Assembly (NCBI GenBank): GCA_019056805.1
Contig: DXJG01000009.1
Coordinates: 1-32,000 of the forward strand
DNA length: 32,000 nt
DNA from: Candidatus Baldrarchaeota archaeon
GTDB lineage: Archaea > Asgardarchaeota > Baldrarchaeia > Baldrarchaeales > DXJG01
Reading direction: 5' to 3'
This document shows, in pieces, positions 25,910 through 32,000 of this stretch (positions are counted from its first letter, which is position 1; each line of letters starts with the position of its first letter). Both the position numbers and the translations under genes were made by a program. The notes under the pieces were generated by a model. That model saw nothing but the letters and a program-made list of their open reading frames with translations. It ran no database searches and was not told the origin of the DNA.

Positions 25910-26582
25910 CAAACTTTGGTATACCCTTTTCCTATTAGCTAGGAAAGGTGCGGTTAAAAATCCCGTTGAAATTTCATCAACAAGATTCTGCGAGGAGTTA
26001 AATGTAAGTCAACAAACAGCCTCTAGGCGTTTACAAGAGTTAGAAAAACTAGGGTACATAACAAGAGAAATTAAAAGACAAGGACAACTAATAAAAATTA
26101 CTGAAAAAGGTGTAAACATTTTAAAAGAATTATATTATGGTTTAAGAGCGATATTTGAGGAAAAACCAACAATAGTAAAGTTAGAAGGGGAAGTATTTAC
26201 TGGTCTTGGTGAAGGACGTTTTTATCTCTCACTAGAGAAGTATAGAAAACAAATCTTAGAAAAACTGGGCTTCCTGCCATATCCTGGAACACTTAATTTG
26301 AAATTAAAAAACAAAGTGGACCTAGAAACCAGGAAGATGTTAAAATCTTTTTCCGGAATCAGGATAAAAGGATTCAAAAACGATTTAAGAACCTATGGGG
26401 ATGCTATTTGTTATCCAGTGCTTATTAATGAAAAAATTTCAGGAGCAATTATATTTGCACAGAGAACTCACTACGGAGATGATGTTTTGGAAATCATAGC
26501 TCCTGTATGCCTTAGAGAAACCCTAAAATTAAACGACGGCGACACCGTGGTTCTAACAGTAGATTTAAGACAATTATATTAA
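25893..26582 (+). CDS. ribK: CTP-dependent riboflavin kinase with N-terminal wHTH (RbkR-type bifunctional regulator)
   Basis: SQQTASRRLQELEKLGYITR wHTH; GEVFTGLGEGRFY, PYPGTLN, RTHY..DVLEIIAPVCLRE.L.L.DGD kinase motifs. Confidence 0.93.
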   Translation: MLNLDDKLWYTLFLLARKGAVKNPVEISSTRFCEELNVSQQTASRRLQELEKLGYITREIKRQGQLIKITEKGVNILKELYYGLRAIFEEKPTIVKLEGEVFTGLGEGRFYLSLEKYRKQILEKLGFLPYPGTLNLKLKNKVDLETRKMLKSFSGIRIKGFKNDLRTYGDAICYPVLINEKISGAIIFAQRTHYGDDVLEIIAPVCLRETLKLNDGDTVVLTVDLRQLY

Positions 26583-27229
26583 ATATCAAGAGTATGAAAT
26601 ACTTCGTTAATCTTTTTAATTATTTTTGAAGTTTTTGCAAGGGGAGAAGAATCCCATACTTTAAGTCTTATTACTTTACAATGAAGATCATGCTTCTTTA
26701 AGTCTTCTTCTAATTTTCTTTTATTTACCGGCTGATCTCTTCCAAGGGCAATCAAATCTGGTTTCACTTTTCTAATTGGTTCTAAAAAGTCTTTTTCTGA
26801 TCCTAAAATTGCAAGATCGACTGGTTTAAGTGCCTGAACAATAATCTTTCGTTGATTCTCTGGTATTACTGGTAAACGACCCTTTACTTTTTCAACGGTT
26901 TTATCCCTAGCTACTATAACTACGAGAAGGTCCCCACGCTTTTTCGCTTCTTCCAAAGTTCTTATATGCCCCGTATGAATGATATCATATGTACCAGCTG
27001 TTAAAATAACTTTGAATTGTTTTCTTCCACGGTCATCTATGATGTATTTTGCTTTTCTTTTCTCGCTTTTACCTAAACTTTTAATATAGCCGGCTGCATG
27101 AAGTTTTTTTAAAATTGCAGAAGTTCTGCTATAACTTTTTCCTAACAGCTTTGATAAGCTTTCAATCGTAAAGAAACCATGTTTAAGTTGAAGGAGATAC
27201 GCGGTTTTTAAAATATCTCTTGTCTTCAT
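26579..27229 (-). CDS. ribL: FAD synthetase (RibL-type cytidylyltransferase fold) with N-terminal wHTH-like extension
   Basis: AGTYDIIHTGH (HxGH), LVVIVARD, PVIPENQR, KPDLIALGRDQ, KTSKI; about 70-aa basic N-terminal extension. ATG 27229 has GAGGT RBS (track start 27274). Confidence 0.8.
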   Translation of the reverse strand: MKTRDILKTAYLLQLKHGFFTIESLSKLLGKSYSRTSAILKKLHAAGYIKSLGKSEKRKAKYIIDDRGRKQFKVILTAGTYDIIHTGHIRTLEEAKKRGDLLVVIVARDKTVEKVKGRLPVIPENQRKIIVQALKPVDLAILGSEKDFLEPIRKVKPDLIALGRDQPVNKRKLEEDLKKHDLHCKVIRLKVWDSSPLAKTSKIIKKINEVFHTLDI

Positions 27230-27279
27230 ATTTTCTACCTCTCGGTGGGATTCTCTCTGCAATCTAAGTTCCATGGACT

Positions 27280-28008
27280 TTAAACATACATTGGTAAGGA
27301 TCCTGGTTCCTTTTGTACTTTTTCCTCTTGTTCTTTAAGTTGAGCTATTTCTTGTTCTATTTGTTTAGCATCTTTAATAAGCTGTTCTGTCGGAACATTA
27401 AGATTATAAAATCGATTAATTACTTCTATAGCTGTCGCAGCAGCCATCGGATCCGGTCTCCCTCTCTGCGCATACGGTAGTAAGGCAATAGCAGGAAATT
27501 CTTTAATCTCATAGTAGGCTAAAAGAGCTGCTAAAGGACCTACAACATACAGATTTTTATCTAACCTCTTTAATTCCATCTTTTTGTCATTTGATTTGAA
27601 GCTTGATGTAGGAACAACTCTTAATTTTTCTTCTCCTGTCTTTAATTTAATATCTAAACCACCTATTAAAATGGCTTCCTTAAATCGATTTTTAACGGTC
27701 CATTCGGCTAAAATTTTCATTAGAATATTTTGTTCAGATGGAGCTGGTTGAAATCTCGGAAGAAACAACACAATATCCTTATACATGAACAACTCATAAG
27801 GAGTAAGCACTCTTTGGTCATCGAGAGAAACTATCGGCGGATATTGTTCCGTTGTAATGTAACCTATAAGTTCAGCTTTAGTAGATTCTATCATATGGTT
27901 TACTGCAATATACCCGGTATAACCGATACCGTGGAAGCCAGTTATAAAAACGCTGTTTTCTAAGTCAACCTTTTTCTTTAATATAATATCTATATTCAAT
28001 TTTATCAC
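27280..28008 (-). CDS. PAC2-family proteasome assembly chaperone (PbaA/B-like)
   Basis: ITGFHGIGYTGYIA, ILIGGLD, VVGPLAALL, PDPMAAA, LIKDAKQIEQ; C-terminal ..PMYV is an HbYX-type tail. Confidence 0.9.
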   Translation of the reverse strand: MIKLNIDIILKKKVDLENSVFITGFHGIGYTGYIAVNHMIESTKAELIGYITTEQYPPIVSLDDQRVLTPYELFMYKDIVLFLPRFQPAPSEQNILMKILAEWTVKNRFKEAILIGGLDIKLKTGEEKLRVVPTSSFKSNDKKMELKRLDKNLYVVGPLAALLAYYEIKEFPAIALLPYAQRGRPDPMAAATAIEVINRFYNLNVPTEQLIKDAKQIEQEIAQLKEQEEKVQKEPGSLPMYV

Positions 28009-28013
28009 CTCAT

Positions 28014-28301
28014 CTAAGTTGTATAACGCCGTGCACGTATTAACAGAACCTTTAATTTTCTTTCATTCAAAAATATAAAATCCGCGTTTATTTTTATGGC
28101 TGAAAATGGAACAGCGACGCATCCATTTTCATCCATTGGTAACTTATTTAACAATTCACTAAGCTTATTTGGTTTAATAAGCACACCAACTATCTTTCCA
28201 TCTTCTTTTTTAACTAAAAGATCTACAACATCGCCTATTTTTTCCATTTTCTCATTCTTTACTGGCAGATCCAAAAGTTTTGAAAATGATATCTCACTCA
28301 A
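28014..28301 (-). CDS. PRC-barrel domain protein
   Basis: SKLLDLPVKNEKMEKIGDVVDLLV...GKIVGVLI...VPFSAIK matches the PRC-barrel pattern. Confidence 0.85.
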   Translation of the reverse strand: MSEISFSKLLDLPVKNEKMEKIGDVVDLLVKKEDGKIVGVLIKPNKLSELLNKLPMDENGCVAVPFSAIKINADFIFLNERKLKVLLIRARRYTT

Positions 28302-28368
28302 ACCACTTCACCTTACTGAAAAACATTTCAAAATATTATTAAAGTTTGAGTATAAACTAGACACCTAG

Positions 28369-29229
28369 GTGAGTTTATTGAGTATCAATTGGAGGATTGC
28401 TGCTCTTCATCTCGTACCTCCCATCATTTCTACTGCCTTTATTTCAATAATATTCGCATTAATTCACAAACTTTCAAACATAGAGATAGAAGCAACACCA
28501 TTTTCAGAAGCTCAACTGGGTGCAACAGGAGCATTTCTTAATATGATCCTTTACATCTCTTTAGCCTTTATTGGAGGATTCGCCCTATACATATTATTTC
28601 GTAAGGCAAAAATTAATATTCTCAAGTTAATTTTCACCATTTTCTACTTTTTTACTTCTTTCTTTACCTTACTTTTACTCGAGGACGAAGTTCTAATCAT
28701 TTTAGGTATCCAAACTATTAACATATTTATTTATTTCCTTCCAGTTTTTCTATTAGCCTTCCTAATCACATACATTTCCATGTTCTCCAAGTCTAAAAAC
28801 GCCAAAAAAATAACCATAATATTCTTCTCATCTCTAATGGGATTCCTTCTCGGAATCTCTTTACCAATTCTCACCTTAACATTTACCCTAATAGCCCTTT
28901 CTCTCTATGATATTTACTCAGTCAAAAAAGGACCAATTAAAAATATAATGAAAACCATTGAGGAAAATAAAAGTCAATTTGATGAACTAACTCTATCTTA
29001 TACAAGTCAAAATATAGAAATAGGCTTGGGAGACCTCATATTCTACACAGCGCTCAACGTACGTGTAGTAATAAACTACTCAATATTCTCCATCCTCATG
29101 ACTTTCCTCGGTATTTTCATAGGTCTCCTAATAACTTGCAAGTTACTAGAAAAAGAACATATGGTACCAGGATTACCATTACCATCACTATTAGCAATTA
29201 CTTTCCTTTTTATATCATTACTAATTTAA
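28369..29229 (+). CDS. Presenilin-like GxGD intramembrane aspartyl protease
   Basis: About 8-9 hydrophobic segments; YD (D181, 28909-28911) followed by KKGPIK; GLGDLIFY (D222, 29032-29034); PGLP (PAL-equivalent) near the C-terminus. Confidence 0.92.
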   Translation: MSLLSINWRIAALHLVPPIISTAFISIIFALIHKLSNIEIEATPFSEAQLGATGAFLNMILYISLAFIGGFALYILFRKAKINILKLIFTIFYFFTSFFTLLLLEDEVLIILGIQTINIFIYFLPVFLLAFLITYISMFSKSKNAKKITIIFFSSLMGFLLGISLPILTLTFTLIALSLYDIYSVKKGPIKNIMKTIEENKSQFDELTLSYTSQNIEIGLGDLIFYTALNVRVVINYSIFSILMTFLGIFIGLLITCKLLEKEHMVPGLPLPSLLAITFLFISLLI

Positions 29230-29230
29230 G

Positions 29231-29425
29231 TTAAACTTCTACGATCTCGCACGGCACCTTTTTTAGCAGCTCCTCAGCTTCCTCAGGCGTGGTTTTCAAC
29301 GTATACAAGTATTTCTTAGTCCTTAACTTTAGCTTGACAACGTCACCAAGGCGTTTAACTCTACATTCAATAGCTCTCTTAGCAATTTCTAGAAAATCCT
29401 CTGCACTTTTTATTTCCCTAGGCAT
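29231..29425 (-). CDS. rpl38e: Ribosomal protein L38e
   Basis: MPREIKSAEDFLEIAKR...VKLKLRTKKYLYTLK; ATG 29425 (track start 29446). Confidence 0.93.
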   Translation of the reverse strand: MPREIKSAEDFLEIAKRAIECRVKRLGDVVKLKLRTKKYLYTLKTTPEEAEELLKKVPCEIVEV

Positions 29426-29566
29426 GCGACCACCATCCATCTTCACAACTTCCCATCTTCAATACATAAAATACATATAAAATTTTCAGTAAATAAACCA
29501 ACAACAAAATATTAATATTCTAAACCTACTGAGAACATTAAATGTAATTAAGTATAATATTCCAAA

Positions 29567-29676
29567 GGGCCCGTGGTCTAGAGATAGGGAAGCCTTATCA
29601 TCCCGTCGGAAAACCTGGCTATGACGCTACCCTTACGAGGTAGAGGTCGCGGGTTCGAATCCCGCCGGGCCCACCA
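29567..29676 (+). tRNA. tRNA-Val(UAC) with ~32-nt D-loop intron (most likely 29582-29613, position 15/16); CCA encoded
   Basis: Acceptor GGGCCCG/CGGGCCC, anticodon stem CTACC/GGTAG with TAC at 29634-29636, T arm GCGGG-TTCGAAT-CCCGC, ACCA. The gene is 110 nt; removing 29582-29613 restores D loop AGCCTGGCTA. Confidence 0.92.
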
Positions 29677-29759
29677 AGCCCCATCAATTCTATTTTTCAC
29701 AGAAGAAAAGACACCTTAGTGGTAAATTATTTTCATTCACAAATGTTAAAAGAATCAGA

Positions 29760-29921
29760 TTATCGTGAAGCCTCACGTTTCTTCCATCTTAGTCTTTTGC
29801 TTTTACACCGTCTACATTTGACAGCAGATGGTGCGTTTCTTGCGCCACATTTTCTGCAAATTTTTACATATAGCAGGTGTTTCATTGCTATTTCTCTTTT
29901 TATTGGATCGCTTACTGGCAT
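29760..29921 (-). CDS. rpl40e: Ribosomal protein L40e (53 aa)
   Basis: Manual translation MPVSDPIKREIAMKHLLYVKICRKCGARNAPSAVKCRRCKSKRLRWKKREASR; CxxC...CxxC zinc ribbon; GGAGG RBS. Missed by the ORF track. Confidence 0.96.
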   Translation of the reverse strand: MPVSDPIKREIAMKHLLYVKICRKCGARNAPSAVKCRRCKSKRLRWKKREASR

Positions 29922-30257
29922 TTTTGTTCCTCCTATACTATGTGACTACACAAGATTTTCGAACTTTAACAAAATGAAATGAAAAACTACTGTCTAGTTT
30001 GAGTTTTTTCCATTTAAAAGTTTATTGGTTGTTCAAATCTTTTTAAATTAATTTTTTCCAGTACTTAAGGTTTTAAATTCCATGGAATATGGAACAACAA
30101 TTCTCTTTTTCAGGCCTTTTATAATGAAAGTCGACTGGCATATGTTGAATTTATGCAAGTTTAAATTGTCTGCATAGAAGATATAAAATTTTATTTTCAT
30201 TAAGGAAGAAAAGAAGAAGTTTAAAGAAAAGTAATGGTTAAAAAGAAGTGAAGCTGA

Positions 30258-31126
<869 letters not shown>

Positions 31127-31130
<4 letters not shown>

Positions 31131-31999
31131 TCATCTCCTGCTATACGATTTGCTATTTCAACAGCTCTTTTCGCAGCTTCTTCCATGGAATCCAATACAT
31201 CTATCCCTGCTTCCTGTAATATTTTTCTTCCCGCTTCTTCCATTGTTCCAACCATCCTAACAACTAGTGGTACCTGTATCTTAATTCTCTCTCTTGCTTC
31301 TATGATGCCCTTAGCCATCCAGTCACAACGCGTAATTCCACCTAGGATGTTTATAAAAACAACTTTTACTCGTGGATTTGATAAGATGATTTCAAGAGCA
31401 GTTTCCATTCTCTTCGGGTCTGCTCCCCCACCAACATCTAAAAAGTTAGCCGGCTTCCCACCATATAAGCTTACCATATCAAGAGTTGCCATAACTAGTC
31501 CCGCACCGTTTCCAATAATTCCGATATTCCCATCGAGCTCAACGTATGCAAGTCCCTCTTTTCTTGCTTTCAACTCTCTTTCATTAAATTCTTTCCCCTC
31601 AGTTTCCATGGTTTTTTCGAATTCAGGATGTCTGAATAAAGCATTATCATCAATAATTAGGCGAGCATCGGCTGCAATTAGTTTGTCATCTTTTGTTTTA
31701 ATAAGGGGATTAATTTCAACAAGTTCTGCATCGTATTTCTCAACAATTTTCCAAAGTTTATTTAGAATATCAGCTGCAATTATTAGATTTCTACCCTTTA
31801 ATCCAATTTTCTTCACTAGGTCTCTTGCTTCAAAACCTTGAAATCCTAATAAAGGATCTACATAATGCTTTATTATCTCTTCTGGATATTTTTCCGCCAC
31901 CTCTTCTATATCTACTCCCCCTCTAGAACTAACAATAGCTACATATTTTCTTGCAGATCTATCAACAGTTATTCCAAAATACAGTTCATTTTCTATTTC
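31127..31999 (-). CDS. sucC: Succinyl-CoA synthetase beta subunit, partial (gene starts beyond the window end)
   Basis: The frame stays open to 31999 ([14 protein letters not shown]...[12 protein letters not shown]); [39 protein letters not shown]. Confidence 0.96.
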
Positions 32000-32000
32000 T

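Noticed and set aside
28347-28352. TACTCA/TGAGTA half-sites here and at 23118-23123 as possible RbkR operators
   Set aside because: Only half-sites; a 6-mer of this composition is expected many times by chance in 32 kb, and I cannot verify the consensus.
29719-29982. 87-aa plus-strand ORF in the track
   Set aside because: Antisense shadow of rpl40e; no motifs.
29983-30257. 31-aa ORF (MEYGTTILFF...) in the rpl40e-sucD gap
   Set aside because: No RBS or motif; the region is better explained as the sucD terminator (T-rich on the minus strand) and rpl40e promoter.

Overview
AT-rich archaeal core-genome window with no CRISPR array, transposase or provirus visible. Several genes have eukaryote-like features: a ribophorin-I/OST1-like protein, a presenilin-like protease, a Vps29-like protein, L38e, and a PolB with a eukaryotic-type C-terminal double Cys module. 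These point to an Asgard (or Asgard/TACK-related) archaeon. GC-rich tRNAs with encoded CCA and a Thermococcales-type intein suggest a thermophile; both assignments are inference. Contents in order: C-terminus of a glycyl-radical activase; divergent short hdrA / hdrCB; MtaB-type tRNA methylthiotransferase; intein-containing PolB; gcvPB/gcvPA; ribophorin-I-like protein; intron-containing tRNA-Gln(UUG); Vps29-like phosphoesterase; HhH-MutS ATPase plus DUF62, converging on TrmB-MGMT; RtcA, NOG1, DUF504; a radical SAM-translin-EndoV-RibK run, converging on PRC-barrel-PAC2-HTH-RibL; presenilin-like protease; L38e; tRNA-Val(UAC) with a D-loop intron; L40e (missing from the ORF track); sucD and partial sucC. 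The strongest lead is the PolB. It has one intact delta/B3-like catalytic core joined to a Pol epsilon/alpha-like CysA-CysB C-terminal domain, and it is invaded by a LAGLIDADG intein. All family calls come from motif recognition and remembered sequences; no database search was run.
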